From assembly GCA_963743635.1 (NCBI GenBank), contig CAVUQO010000002.1, positions 192,001 to 256,000 on the forward strand: 64,000 nucleotides of DNA, given 5' to 3'. Shown here one piece after another: positions 1 through 9,939 of this stretch; positions within the stretch are counted from its first letter, which is position 1; every line of letters starts with the position of its first letter. The notes beneath the pieces are model-generated. The model was not told the DNA's origin and did not search any database. It was given only the letters and a program-made list of their open reading frames with translations. This DNA comes from Candidatus Babeliales bacterium (lineage in GTDB: Bacteria > Babelota > Babeliae > Babelales > Vermiphilaceae). Both the position numbers and the translations under genes were made by a program.

Positions 1-1400
1 ATGAGCCAAGAGCCTTTTAGCCCCACAGTATCTGGAGCCAGTGCATTATGATAGTCATAGTCTGCGGTGATGTGAGGGGTTATTCTTAATTCTTGGGTAT
101 AGTTTTTGGCGCGTTGAACACCTAAGTAGATTTCAGGGGTTAATGTCTCAAACGATTCTCGTTCTTCTTCTTGTGCGAGTGGTGGAAGGCTCAGTAGAGA
201 GCGAATCATATTTTCAGTCTCGGTATACTTGCCTTCACCAAAATGTATGTATTGTATGATGCCTTTCTGATCTATAAGATAGTGCGCTGGCCAATAACGA
301 TTATGATAATTCTTCCAGGTACTATAATCATTATCGAGTGCAATAGGATAGGTAATATCAAAGCGTTGCACTGCATTGGCAACATTGGTTCTACTTTTTT
401 CAAATTCAAATTCGGGTGTATGTACGCCGATAATCACCAATCCCTTATCTTTATATTCTTTGTACCATTGTGTGATATGCGGGAGAGTTCGTATGCAATT
501 GATACAGCTATAGGTCCAGAAATCTATTAATACTACTTTACCTAATAATTGTTGCATCATAAGAGGATTGCTATTAATCCAGCCTGCGATGCCGATAAAA
601 TCGGGCGCTGGGCGTCCTATTGCAGGAACTGGTGAATCATTATACATGGTTGCCGCTTTCTGTAATGAATCTAATTCTTTTTTCACAAGTGCATTATCTT
701 CGATGGTGATCATGGGAAAATAGCGCAGGGCAAATTGTTGTAACACGACATCAAAATGCAATGCTATTGCAAGGGCGCCAAAAATCATGAGGGCTCCAAA
801 CATTTTCCGTATGATTTCAGTATACGGAGCGAGTGCGCCAATGGACGTCGTAATCTTAGCGCTGCCATACATAATGAAAAACATGGGCAGTGCGGTGCCG
901 CAACTATATGCCAACGTTATGAGGATGGTGCTTGCGGTAACTGATCGGGTTGCCACGAGTGTGGTAATGGTCGCTAAAATGGGCCCCGCGCAGGGTGACC
1001 AAATTAAACCTAATGCAGTTCCGATAATGAATCCGGACGTAAATCCGGTTGCGCCACTGCTACTATTCTCGAGGCGATTTCCCAATCGCGCCAGCGGTGC
1101 GGTCAGTTTTGCAAACATGATTTCAAATTGAGGAAAGACTAAGGTAAGGCCGAACATGGTAATGAGCCCAAGAGAAAGATAACGCAGCGCATCAGGAGAA
1201 ACTCCCGTTGCGTGAACTAACGTCGTGAGTGAAAGCGTGAAGAAGGTAAAACTGATAATAAGTCCGGTAATGATGCCATAAGGGCGATATCTGCCTTGAC
1301 CAACGCCTGCTGAAAGAAGCAGCGGCAATACGGGAAGTACGCACGGGGAAAGTACCGTTACAATACCAGATAGAAAGGCAAATAATAGGAGCGTGATCAT
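1..1400 (-). CDS. dipZ: DipZ-like protein (CcdA/DsbD transmembrane domain plus thioredoxin domain); 3' end runs off the window
   Basis: Absent from the ORF track; translated by hand from ATG 1400 with AGGAG RBS: MITLLLFAFLSGIVTVLSPCVLPVLP...WSPCAGPIL...GKVVLIDFWTYSCINCIRTLP...GVHTPEFEFEK...NRYWPAHYLID. Confidence 0.88.
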   Translation of the reverse strand, partial: MITLLLFAFLSGIVTVLSPCVLPVLPLLLSAGVGQGRYRPYGIITGLIISFTFFTLSLTTLVHATGVSPDALRYLSLGLITMFGLTLVFPQFEIMFAKLTAPLARLGNRLENSSSGATGFTSGFIIGTALGLIWSPCAGPILATITTLVATRSVTASTILITLAYSCGTALPMFFIMYGSAKITTSIGALAPYTEIIRKMFGALMIFGALAIALHFDVVLQQFALRYFPMITIEDNALVKKELDSLQKAATMYNDSPVPAIGRPAPDFIGIAGWINSNPLMMQQLLGKVVLIDFWTYSCINCIRTLPHITQWYKEYKDKGLVIIGVHTPEFEFEKSRTNVANAVQRFDITYPIALDNDYSTWKNYHNRYWPAHYLIDQKGIIQYIHFGEGKYTETENMIRSLLSLPPLAQEEERESFETLTPEIYLGVQRAKNYTQELRITPHITADYDYHNALAPDTVGLKGSWL

Positions 1401-1433
1401 AATTTCTCCTGCGCGTTTTAATTTGTTCTATAC

Positions 1434-1826
1434 CTACATCGCCCTATATGCAAAAATCAGTATCAAAAAATTAATCACATAGAGCGAGGTGCAGAGTACG
1501 CACAATGATTTTATTTTAAAGATCAGCAAATATGCAAGATAGCATGAAAGTAAGCACGCGCCGATTGCAGCAATAAAAATGGTATTGGCGAGATTAAGTA
1601 TCGCAAGAAGGCCGATACATGCATAGAACGCAAGTGCAAGGCCAAATGTGGAAAAGAAGAACATATTGCTATAGGGGCTTAACATAACTTTTGTGCAGGA
1701 GATTCTATCGGTAATATCGCATGCTGCTTTGAATGATTCATCCTTTTTAACTTTTTGTTCGGTGATATATCCATATACCGAAATTGAAAAACCGATAATG
1801 GCAAGAGCCAGTAATACGTTTAACAT
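1434..1826 (-). CDS. Vitamin K epoxide reductase (VKOR) family protein
   Basis: ACDITDRISCTKVMLSPYS loop cysteines and a CVLC active site in a 4-TM protein. Confidence 0.88.
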   Translation of the reverse strand: MLNVLLALAIIGFSISVYGYITEQKVKKDESFKAACDITDRISCTKVMLSPYSNMFFFSTFGLALAFYACIGLLAILNLANTIFIAAIGACLLSCYLAYLLIFKIKSLCVLCTSLYVINFLILIFAYRAM

Positions 1827-1865
1827 GAGTTATTCCTTTTTTTAGGATTATTTAAATTCATTTAT

Positions 1866-2411
1866 TTAAAACAACAACTTCGCTGCCTTGGCAATTTTTT
1901 TTAATTCATTAATTCTGACGCGTGCTAATCCATGCAATGGGGAATGCATGACGAAGATTTTTGATGAGCCGATAGTGGGTTGCCATCCATACTTGCAATG
2001 AGTTGTTTGGCTAAATAATTGGTAAGTGCCTTTTCCAACAAAGGTTACGACTTTTGGATGATACTGATTGATTAAAGAAACAACGTATGCGCTGCCAGGA
2101 ATCGCTTCATTTCGCTTGATATCCACAACACTTTTAGTGGGACGATATACAAGATTGATTAACCCCAGATGATATTTTTTGGTGAAAGAGTTACTGAAAA
2201 TTTTTTTTAGCATTACATCGTTTTGCAAATCCTTTTTATCTTCGGATAAAAGGCCTGCATCATTGAGCAGGTACCAGAATGATTTGTTGCTAGAAAAGGG
2301 GACGCCGTGTTGATAGCTGCCCGGCGATGGATTAGTGCCTACAAATAAAATATGGGTATCGTGTGATACTTGATAATGAATCTTTTTATATTCTTTATTA
2401 GATTTCGTCAT
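1866..2411 (-). CDS. mug: Mismatch-specific uracil/thymine DNA glycosylase (Mug/TDG family)
   Basis: ILFVGTNPS motif followed by NKSFWYLLNDAGL and a FVGKG segment. Confidence 0.8.
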   Translation of the reverse strand: MTKSNKEYKKIHYQVSHDTHILFVGTNPSPGSYQHGVPFSSNKSFWYLLNDAGLLSEDKKDLQNDVMLKKIFSNSFTKKYHLGLINLVYRPTKSVVDIKRNEAIPGSAYVVSLINQYHPKVVTFVGKGTYQLFSQTTHCKYGWQPTIGSSKIFVMHSPLHGLARVRINELKKIAKAAKLLF

Positions 2412-2623
2412 TTTCTCACTTTCTTGAGCGCAGATCCTTTATGCATAGCCAAATGCGTTGTTTTGGTGCTTTCAATCAAGTATTGTGGTTCTTCTTTGGA
2501 AGCATGAACGGTATAACCCTTAAACGTGATTTCGGATGTAATGATTTTTTTGATTATCCCGCGCACGATGCCTGCTTCTGAATTCCATTCTACGAGATCA
2601 CCAATCTTAAAATGCGTAGACAT
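2408..2623 (-). CDS. DUF2945 (Tudor/SH3-like) small protein
   Basis: FKIGDLVEWNSEAG...HASKEEPQYLIES..T.HLAMHKGSAL pattern; ATGA overlap with mug. Confidence 0.78.
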   Translation of the reverse strand: MSTHFKIGDLVEWNSEAGIVRGIIKKIITSEITFKGYTVHASKEEPQYLIESTKTTHLAMHKGSALKKVRK

Positions 2624-2649
2624 ATAGATCCTCTATAACAATCTTATGA

Positions 2650-3183
2650 TTATTTTTCCTCAGCGGGATAGGTTATGGTTGTGCCGTGTACTTCAGCCCA
2701 TGGCGTTAACGTATGGGGCTTGGCAGACGTCATGCTATAAATATCTTCTACCTCTATATTGCGCACCAATAATGCATCGCCAATCAATGAGCGATGGCAG
2801 CGCCAGGGGACTGCTTCTGCGCACATAATAACAACCGTTTTTTCATGCGCGATTTTAACAAGTTCATCGATGCCTTCTTTAAACTCAGGCGTTTGCATAT
2901 AATCTGCATATCCCCGAAAAGATTCATTTTCCCAGCCCATATTTATCGAATCAGCATGCGTATGGCGCAGTCCGCCTAAATTTTTTTGATGGCGGTATCC
3001 AATATGATGATTTCTCAAAGTGTGGGCCAATTCTGGGCCATTAAATTGCGGATTGTGGCGTGATTTGGGAATCGTGCGAATATCGACAACCTCAGTAATA
3101 TGATAGTGTTTGAGGATATCTACGAATTCTTCTATGGGATGCGTTGAATGCCCGATCGTAAATACACATAATTTTTTATTCAT
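2650..3183 (-). CDS. DUF488 family protein
   Basis: FTIGHST, VDIRTIPKSR, LGGLR and MCAEAVPWRCHRSLI motifs. Confidence 0.88.
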   Translation of the reverse strand: MNKKLCVFTIGHSTHPIEEFVDILKHYHITEVVDIRTIPKSRHNPQFNGPELAHTLRNHHIGYRHQKNLGGLRHTHADSINMGWENESFRGYADYMQTPEFKEGIDELVKIAHEKTVVIMCAEAVPWRCHRSLIGDALLVRNIEVEDIYSMTSAKPHTLTPWAEVHGTTITYPAEEK

Positions 3184-3202
3184 GGGCTCAACCTCACTCC
3201 AT

Positions 3203-3853
3203 TCAGGACATATACTGAGTGAACCATTGACTCGTTATCATCGCAACTTCATCAAGAGTCCCGGGCTCTTCAAAAAGATGAGTTGCGCCGGGAATGAGAA
3301 TCATCTTTTTTTCATGCTTTAATTGTGCATAGGCCTGCTCATTTAAAGTAATAACTTCATAGTCGAGTGCGCCCACGATTAATAAGGTAGGTGCGCAGAC
3401 CTCTGCGAGATAATCATGCGCTAAGTCTGGCCTTCCGCCGCGAGAAACTACTGCTGAAATTTCTTTTTTTAAATGAGCAGCAGCAATTAATGCGGCAGCT
3501 GCACCGGTACTCGCCCCAAAATAGCCGAGTTTTTGTTGCTTGGTATGCTCATGCGTTTGAAGCCATCGTGATACGGCGATAAGGCGTTCTGCTAATAAGG
3601 GGATGTTGAATCTGAATTCTCGTGAATATTGATCAATGGCTTCCTCTTCTCCCGTTAATAAATCGAATAAGAGAGTAGAAAAATGCGCTTTCTGTAAAAT
3701 GTGTGCAACGTGTTGGTTCCTGCTGCTAAAACGACTACTGCCACTGCCATGTGCAAATACGATAATGCCTTTTGAGTTCTCTACAAGATTGAGATCGCCA
3801 TATATAAAAAAGTTACCAACTGGTATCGCTACTTCACTTTTTTGAATATTCAT
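3203..3853 (-). CDS. Dienelactone hydrolase-like alpha/beta hydrolase
   Basis: FAHGSGSSRFS, GYFGASTGAAAA nucleophile elbow, GGRPDLA, GATHLFEEPG. Confidence 0.85.
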   Translation of the reverse strand: MNIQKSEVAIPVGNFFIYGDLNLVENSKGIIVFAHGSGSSRFSSRNQHVAHILQKAHFSTLLFDLLTGEEEAIDQYSREFRFNIPLLAERLIAVSRWLQTHEHTKQQKLGYFGASTGAAAALIAAAHLKKEISAVVSRGGRPDLAHDYLAEVCAPTLLIVGALDYEVITLNEQAYAQLKHEKKMILIPGATHLFEEPGTLDEVAMITSQWFTQYMS

Positions 3854-3871
3854 AAAAACCCTTTTTATTAT

Positions 3872-4714
3872 TTAGGCACGTTTTTTTGCATGCTTTTTTT
3901 TAACCGTTCTTTTTTTTGCATGGATAGCAACGCTTTCAGTAGGCTTGCGTCTTTTAATGCTTGCTTTGAGTGTTTCAGAAAGTGATTCTTTTTTTGGTTT
4001 AGAGACGGCGCGCGTGCTTTTTCGCCTAGTTTTTTTATGTTTTGATTCTTTGATAGCCTTCTTTAATTTTTCAGCGAAGCTATCTTTAAAGATCGAAATA
4101 TCGAATGTTTTGGCCGTATGTTGTGCGATGAGTTGTTTTGCAAGTTTGAGCTCAGTGGCTGAAGGCTTTTTAATTTTCGCAGCGGCAAAAATTTCTTTAG
4201 TGGGCACAATTTCATAGGCGTAATTAAGGGTTGTTAGCAATAATCCTTTTTCATACGGCGATATCGCACAGACATATTCTTTATCGCGCATTACAAAGGT
4301 GGCAATCGCTGCTTTTTGAGTTTCATGTAATGCTGCGCAAAAAAGATTGAATGATGTTTGCCCATCTTTCGCAGCGCTTAGATAATAATGATGCTCAAAA
4401 TAAATAACGTCGATCGCATCGAGAGCAACAAATTCTTTAATGAGGATTTCGTCCATTTTCTCTGGTTTTAAAGCTTTTAATTTCTCAGGCGTGATTACGA
4501 AATAATGGCCATCGGGTAATTTTAGGCCTTTTACCACGTTATTCCAGGTAATTTCTTTCTTACAATGCGGGCAGAAGCGTTCGTAGTGAATGGGGGTATT
4601 GCATTTTGCACATAATAATTTAAAGCCAAGAACATGTTCCTTGACTGCGGAATAGAGTCTGACCGGAATAGTCACGAGACTAAAAGATAATGAACCACTC
4701 CATATTTGTTTCAT
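3872..4714 (-). CDS. ku: Non-homologous end-joining protein Ku
   Basis: IWSGSLSFSLVTIPVRLYSA N-terminus, ELKLAKQLI, basic C-terminal tail; next to a ligase gene. Confidence 0.92.
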   Translation of the reverse strand: MKQIWSGSLSFSLVTIPVRLYSAVKEHVLGFKLLCAKCNTPIHYERFCPHCKKEITWNNVVKGLKLPDGHYFVITPEKLKALKPEKMDEILIKEFVALDAIDVIYFEHHYYLSAAKDGQTSFNLFCAALHETQKAAIATFVMRDKEYVCAISPYEKGLLLTTLNYAYEIVPTKEIFAAAKIKKPSATELKLAKQLIAQHTAKTFDISIFKDSFAEKLKKAIKESKHKKTRRKSTRAVSKPKKESLSETLKASIKRRKPTESVAIHAKKRTVKKKHAKKRA

Positions 4715-4747
4715 ATGTCTCCTCGCTCTTTTTTTATTTTTTCTTGT

Positions 4748-5791
4748 TTATCTAGTTTTAATAGGTCCGATGGCTTTGGGCGTTTCTTTCACGACGTCTT
4801 TTGCATCTTTATCATCGCGCAGGCCTTTATAGCGTCCGACGCGCAGGCGTCCGGCATTCGTCCATTGCGCGAATTGAAATTCAGCCACTAACACCGGCTT
4901 TACCCAGGTAACGTTCGTTACTGATCCTTCATAATCAGCAAAAGGGCATTTTTTGACCGTGAGTTTTTGCAGTTTTTTGCCGAGCAGCGCAAGCGTGTCT
5001 TCAGAATAACCAGTGCCGACTTTGCCGGCATACATCAGTTTTCCCTCTTTATTATAATAGCCGACCAACAGCGCACCAAAATAAGAGCGCGATCCTTGCG
5101 GTTTAGTGTACCCGACGATAATGAGCTCTTGTTTCATGATGCATTTGAATTTGAGCCAATCGCGCGAACGTACGCCAACATATTCACTATCGATACGTTT
5201 TGCAATAAGGCCTTCCCAGTTGAGCTTGCATGCTTGTTTGAAGTAGGCAATGCCATCACCTATTTTATGTTCCGTATATATGAGGATTTTATTGTAGGAA
5301 AGAAGCTTTTTAAGAAGATCTTTGCGTGCATAGAGAGGAAGTTTTCGAATATCATACCCATCAACGTACATAAGATCGAATAGACAGTAGGTGATGGGAA
5401 TCTTTTTTTGTTTTGCCTTTTCTGAGGTTGCACGCAGATTAATGCGGCCTTGCAGGAGTTCAAAATCAGATACGCCTTTTTTATCAACGCTGATTATTTC
5501 CCCATCGATAATGAAATTGTCGGCAGCTTGTTTAGTGAGCGCGGTCACAAGCTCTGGATAAATCTCATTCATATTTTTTTTATTGCGGGACATGAGGTTA
5601 ACGACACCATTTTTTTTGAAGGCGATGCAGCGTTCCCCATCAAATTTATGTTCGTAAAGCCATTCTTTACTTGAGAAATAATCTTTCGTGAGCGTTGCGA
5701 GCATGACGGGAATAAAAGAGGGCTGGCGAACCTTCTTGATTTTCTGGCGCAGGTCAAGCGAAAGGCCTGGGATTATCGTGTTATTACGCAT
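4748..5791 (-). CDS. ligD: ATP-dependent DNA ligase (LigD ligase domain only)
   Basis: EHKFDGER motif I, IIDGEI, FDLM, EGLIAK, WLKFK, FGALLVG, GKVGTG, YKGLRDDK. Confidence 0.9.
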   Translation of the reverse strand: MRNNTIIPGLSLDLRQKIKKVRQPSFIPVMLATLTKDYFSSKEWLYEHKFDGERCIAFKKNGVVNLMSRNKKNMNEIYPELVTALTKQAADNFIIDGEIISVDKKGVSDFELLQGRINLRATSEKAKQKKIPITYCLFDLMYVDGYDIRKLPLYARKDLLKKLLSYNKILIYTEHKIGDGIAYFKQACKLNWEGLIAKRIDSEYVGVRSRDWLKFKCIMKQELIIVGYTKPQGSRSYFGALLVGYYNKEGKLMYAGKVGTGYSEDTLALLGKKLQKLTVKKCPFADYEGSVTNVTWVKPVLVAEFQFAQWTNAGRLRVGRYKGLRDDKDAKDVVKETPKAIGPIKTR

Positions 5792-6011
5792 TTCTCACTC
5801 ATTGTAATCATGAACCAATATCTTATAAGGGGCACTATACTATTTCGTGGTTTGCTTTTGTAAGAACTGTGATTAAAGAGATGAAATAGACAGTTATTTT
5901 AAGGATGAATTGCTTGGCGCGGGTTTGCATCTAGACATGGCCTTCATTTGTACTATGATGAATAGTCGATAAGAAAGAGTCGGTAGTAAAATCTCGTATA
6001 TAAGGAAACGT

Positions 6012-6851
6012 ATGAAGCACAATAAAAACTATTTTTTAAGTTATGGTTTTATTTCTTTAATAATCTGCGCGTCACTCAGAGCAGATGATCAAATACAAAT
6101 ACCTGAAGGCTATACGCAGCTCGAGTGTACCCTGCAGCCATTTAAACGGCCAGAAGCTGAAGCATCTTTTACGCGTCCGCATATTCCGCTCAGAGAGGGA
6201 ACGAGTATTAACTGGAGTGGCTATGCCGCTGAAACTAATTTCAATAATCCAGCACATACTGTTACTAAAGTTGCCGGCACTTGGATAGTTCCTACGATTT
6301 CACGACCAACCAACAATACCAATACGTATTGTTCTATCTGGGTTGGCATTGATGGTTTTAGTGATGGCACGGTTGAGCAAATTGGCACCGAACATGATTG
6401 GTCTAGAGGGCGCCAGCAAAACTATGCATGGTTTGAAATGTATCCAAATTATCCCTATGAAATAGTTGGATTTCCCGTTAATATCGGCGATAGTATCAGT
6501 GCATCAGTGCAATATATGGGAAATAATGTGTATCAACTATACATGATCAATAATACGCACCATGTGTACATAACTATTCCTTATTCATACACTCGCTCAT
6601 CTGCGGGATTAAGAACATCGGCTGAATGGATCGTGGAAGCACCGTATGATAATACCGTATTGCCGCTTTCACATTTTAGTCCTGTGCAATTTTCAAATTG
6701 TTCTGCAACTATTGGGAACGTAAATGAAACGCTTTCCCAAACTACACATCAGCCACTTACTATGATTACTACTACCGATATTGCAAAGGCAGTCCCGTCA
6801 GCGATTATAGCTCAGACAAATGGCTTTTCTGTTACCTGGGATCATCAGTAG
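6012..6851 (+). CDS. Secreted glutamic peptidase, family G1 (peptidase A4)
   Basis: Signal peptide; SINWSGYA, WVGIDG, EQIGT (catalytic Q), AWFEMYP, SAEWIVEAP (catalytic E). Confidence 0.88.
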   Translation: MKHNKNYFLSYGFISLIICASLRADDQIQIPEGYTQLECTLQPFKRPEAEASFTRPHIPLREGTSINWSGYAAETNFNNPAHTVTKVAGTWIVPTISRPTNNTNTYCSIWVGIDGFSDGTVEQIGTEHDWSRGRQQNYAWFEMYPNYPYEIVGFPVNIGDSISASVQYMGNNVYQLYMINNTHHVYITIPYSYTRSSAGLRTSAEWIVEAPYDNTVLPLSHFSPVQFSNCSATIGNVNETLSQTTHQPLTMITTTDIAKAVPSAIIAQTNGFSVTWDHQ

Positions 6852-7161
6852 GATTCCATGCCCCGCAGACGGTGCATGGCATTGGTCTTGAGTATGGGCA
6901 ATTTCTATCACCACAATAGCAAAGATTGAAGATGTAATCGCACGTATGCGTTTTAATCGTGGTGTCAGTCGCGGTTTGCGATTGTTGTTGCGGTTTGGCG
7001 CATTGTGTGTGTTGACCATCCGCATCATTGTGTGGTTTAGGTTTTTGTTTTGGCGGTTGTACTTTTTGTTTTTGTTTCTGCTGCTGCATTTGCATGGCAA
7101 GGACGCTTTGTGGCATGAGCGAAAGTGCGAGAATGAGTGTCAGTGTTAATTTCTTAAACAT
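6832..7161 (-). CDS. Secreted Gln-rich protein with His/Cys core (array member 7)
   Basis: Signal peptide ending VLA-MQ, poly-Q/K linker, HTC...CYC...C...CTVC; paralogous to its neighbours. Confidence 0.72.
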   Translation of the reverse strand: MFKKLTLTLILALSLMPQSVLAMQMQQQKQKQKVQPPKQKPKPHNDADGQHTQCAKPQQQSQTATDTTIKTHTCDYIFNLCYCGDRNCPYSRPMPCTVCGAWNPTDDPR

Positions 7162-7180
7162 AGTGCGTCCTTTTTCTATT

Positions 7181-7579
7181 TTACTTACGCATTGCGGCAG
7201 TAGATTTTTGTAGACCGCACACGGTACAGGTCAATAAGTGCGGGTATCCATGACACTGGGTGTATGGACCATCACTTCGGGTGCAGCAGCCAAGAGGAGA
7301 TATGCCATCACATCCGCATATATGGCAGGGTGGATGTTCCGGAGCGAAGGTGCAGATATGCGTTTGAACGGCAGTGTCTTGCGCCGTTTGCGTACTGGTT
7401 GCTTGCTGTGTGGCATCCTGCGTTTGCGGCGCAACGTCCGTTTTTGGTTCTTCATGATGCGCATGATTGTGGGTTTTCTGTTTTTGCTGTTGTTTTTGAG
7501 TTTGCTGTTGCTGCTGCATAGCAAATGTATGCGGCATGCTGAGTGCAAGAGCGAGTGTAATTATTATTCTTTTCATCAT
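7181..7579 (-). CDS. Secreted Gln-rich protein with His/Cys core (array member 6)
   Basis: Signal peptide nearly identical to 7583-8083; HIC...CHICGC...CC...C...CTVC. Confidence 0.78.
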   Translation of the reverse strand: MMKRIIITLALALSMPHTFAMQQQQQTQKQQQKQKTHNHAHHEEPKTDVAPQTQDATQQATSTQTAQDTAVQTHICTFAPEHPPCHICGCDGISPLGCCTRSDGPYTQCHGYPHLLTCTVCGLQKSTAAMRK

Positions 7580-7582
7580 GAT

Positions 7583-8083
7583 TTATCTCCCGTAGTTTGC
7601 TTCCGCTTGTCGTCGCGCTTCTTCATAACTTAACTGTGGGTTTGATCTTAGTAGCCAGTTAGTCTGTCGATGTATATCAATTTGTTTCCAGGCAGCTTCC
7701 CGCTCTTCAGGTTGCATACCGTAAAGGATGTTGTGGGCCTCATCGCGAGCCTTTCTCGCACGTGGAGTATTGCATATAACACATACCCAGGTTTCGGGGC
7801 AGTGGTCGCATGGGTTAAGGCATCCACGGCATCCACAGTGAGTGCAAGGAGCATGAACTAATATACACGTATGCGCCTTAACGGCGGTGTCTTGTGCTGT
7901 TTGTGTATTTTGCTCTGTATTTTCACCTGCATGCTCAGTAGTATCTGCTTTTGGTTCTTCATGAGCATGATTGTGGGTTTTCTGTTTTTGCTTTTGCTGT
8001 TGTTTTTGTTGTTGTTGCTGCATAGCAAATGTATGCGGCATGCTGAGTGCAAAAGCGAGTGTGATTATTATTCTTTTCATCAT
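7583..8083 (-). CDS. Secreted Gln-rich protein with His/Cys core and one helical repeat (array member 5)
   Basis: HTC..CTHCGCRGC..CDHC..CVIC core followed by NPQLSYEEARR. Confidence 0.78.
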   Translation of the reverse strand: MMKRIIITLAFALSMPHTFAMQQQQQKQQQKQKQKTHNHAHEEPKADTTEHAGENTEQNTQTAQDTAVKAHTCILVHAPCTHCGCRGCLNPCDHCPETWVCVICNTPRARKARDEAHNILYGMQPEEREAAWKQIDIHRQTNWLLRSNPQLSYEEARRQAEANYGR

Positions 8084-8108
8084 GATTATAGTCCCTAATT
8101 ACTTTCTA

Positions 8109-8321
8109 TTAATATGAGTAACCGCCGGTACAAAGATCTATTCCCGTTGCTCGAACTTCGTCATGTTCGATGCGCGCTGCTTCGTGCTCTTCTTGACTGA
8201 TATTATTTGACGCAGCTCCCATTGCTGCACGGAGTTTCGTGGTCTCCACTTGCACAGGCTGATCACATCGTGCGCCAAATGGTAGAAGGAATATGAAAGT
8301 AATTAATAATTTTTTAATCAT
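8109..8321 (-). CDS. Short secreted paralogue of 8318-9292 (array member 4)
   Basis: Same LPFGARCD leader; ATGA overlap with the upstream gene. Confidence 0.6.
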   Translation of the reverse strand: MIKKLLITFIFLLPFGARCDQPVQVETTKLRAAMGAASNNISQEEHEAARIEHDEVRATGIDLCTGGYSY

Positions 8322-9292
8322 GATTTTTTCCCATTCTTATAGAAATTGCGCCATAAATATTTACCTGCTTCTATAGCACCTATCGCCAGTACGCATCCAG
8401 CCGCTAGAGCAACGAACTTAGGAATCTGGGCAGGAGCAAGTGCTGCACGTTCTGATGCTTCTTTCGCGCGCTGTGTAAACTCCGCTGCTCGCTGTGCAAA
8501 CTCCGCTGCTCGCTGTGCAAACTGCGCTGGCAGTTTTGGAATAACATATTTAAGGTCGTAAGCATGTCCAGCAGTGACGAGTGCTGTACAACCCAGTCCT
8601 ACTTGACATAACTCCACTGCATCTAATGGACGGGCTGTATTTAAAGAGTTTCTAGCTCTATTCCATTGGGCAATCTGTACTTCTTGCTCTTTTTTGTTAT
8701 ACGCGTTGAGCCATTCTTGGCGTTGTTGTGGAGTAGCTTCCTCTACCATACGCTGCGCATCTTGATAGCTGAGCTTTGGATTCTGTATGAGGATTATTTT
8801 GATCTGGTTATTTGTGTCTTGTTGTTCGTTTGTTCTTGTTCGTTGTTCTAGCCACATTTTTTGGCGTTCTGCATTGATACGTTCTTGTAGTATTGTGTGA
8901 GCATCAAGCCATTCTTGCCGTTGGGCGGGCGCTGCTTGCCGTATTTTTTGGATAAGTTGTTCGTTGTCTAACTCAGGATTTTGAAACAATAGTATTTCTA
9001 GACATTGAATAATTTCTTGTTCGTTTTGTTGTTTTCGCTGCTCATTCTTTCGCTGATTTTTTTCTTCAACAACAATAATTCTTGCATTGTCATCACTTAA
9101 TTCAGGAAACTCTTGGCGTAATCGATAGATCTCTTGCTCTGTATAGGTATTTTCACGATCCTGTTCATTCATGCTATTCCAGGCCGCTCTTGCTTTTGCG
9201 CGAGCAGCAGCTTGATCTGTTTGTGTAGGCATATCGCATCGTGCGCCAAATGGTAGAACGAGTATGAAAGTAAGTAATAATTTTTTCATCAT
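8318..9292 (-). CDS. Secreted helical-repeat protein with hydrophobic C-terminus (array member 3)
   Basis: Signal peptide, three (F/N)P-x-L helical repeats, heptad repeat AEFAQRA, two hydrophobic segments. Confidence 0.78.
   Translation of the reverse strand: MMKKLLLTFILVLPFGARCDMPTQTDQAAARAKARAAWNSMNEQDRENTYTEQEIYRLRQEFPELSDDNARIIVVEEKNQRKNEQRKQQNEQEIIQCLEILLFQNPELDNEQLIQKIRQAAPAQRQEWLDAHTILQERINAERQKMWLEQRTRTNEQQDTNNQIKIILIQNPKLSYQDAQRMVEEATPQQRQEWLNAYNKKEQEVQIAQWNRARNSLNTARPLDAVELCQVGLGCTALVTAGHAYDLKYVIPKLPAQFAQRAAEFAQRAAEFTQRAKEASERAALAPAQIPKFVALAAGCVLAIGAIEAGKYLWRNFYKNGKKS
8470..8529. repeat. 21-bp in-frame tandem repeat, about 3 copies
   Basis: ctgtg(t/c)aaactccgctgctcg repeated; encodes AQRAAEF heptads on the minus strand. 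Confidence 0.85.
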
Positions 9293-9939
9293 GATGGGGC
9301 TCCATTTTTAGAGAGGTAATTTTTGATTGCTAATTGAGCAGTTGCTAATGATTTTTTTCCTGCTCTAAAAAGATATTGACCTGTCCATAAAGTGGCTGCT
9401 CCTGCTGCACATCCTACTGCTGCAGTGCCCCATCCACAGAGTCCAGTCAACACTGCTGTAGCCACCAGAGAATTTCTTATTTGATTTGCTAAGGGTTGGG
9501 ATTTTATGGCCTCATTGTGAGTCATTATTCGTTTACAGATACTGCATTGAAAAATATGATTATGATTTCCATACATAGAACACCCGGGTGCAAAACATCC
9601 AACCCAATATCCTGGACATATGCATTCAGTGCACGGAACATGCCCATTAGACACACACGTATGCGCTTTTACCGCTGTTGCAGTATTAGTATCATTTTTC
9701 GCAGCATCTTGAGTAGCAGTTTGCGACGTTGCAGTCTCAATTTCTTTCGTTTGCTGCGTTTGAGCAGTGTGGTGCGCGCAGTCACAGCCATGATGATCAT
9801 GTGGTTTAGCAGTGTGCATTGCAGGCTTTTTTGCTGGCTGATGATTTTGTTTCTGTTCTTGCTGTACTTGCATAGCAACAGCATAATGGGAGCCGAGTCC
9901 CACTGTAAGAACAAAAATAAGTAATAATTTTTTCATCAT
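9289..9939 (-). CDS. Secreted His/Cys-rich protein with hydrophobic C-terminus (array member 2)
   Basis: N-terminus nearly identical at DNA level to 9936-11636 (HHGCDCAHHTAQTQQ); Cys core; Gly/Ala-rich hydrophobic hairpin. Confidence 0.78.
   Translation of the reverse strand: MMKKLLLIFVLTVGLGSHYAVAMQVQQEQKQNHQPAKKPAMHTAKPHDHHGCDCAHHTAQTQQTKEIETATSQTATQDAAKNDTNTATAVKAHTCVSNGHVPCTECICPGYWVGCFAPGCSMYGNHNHIFQCSICKRIMTHNEAIKSQPLANQIRNSLVATAVLTGLCGWGTAAVGCAAGAATLWTGQYLFRAGKKSLATAQLAIKNYLSKNGAPS

Noticed and set aside
243..1131. Plus-strand ORFs 243-530, 756-944 and 787-1131
   Set aside because: Shadow frames of the minus-strand dipZ gene, which has clear motifs
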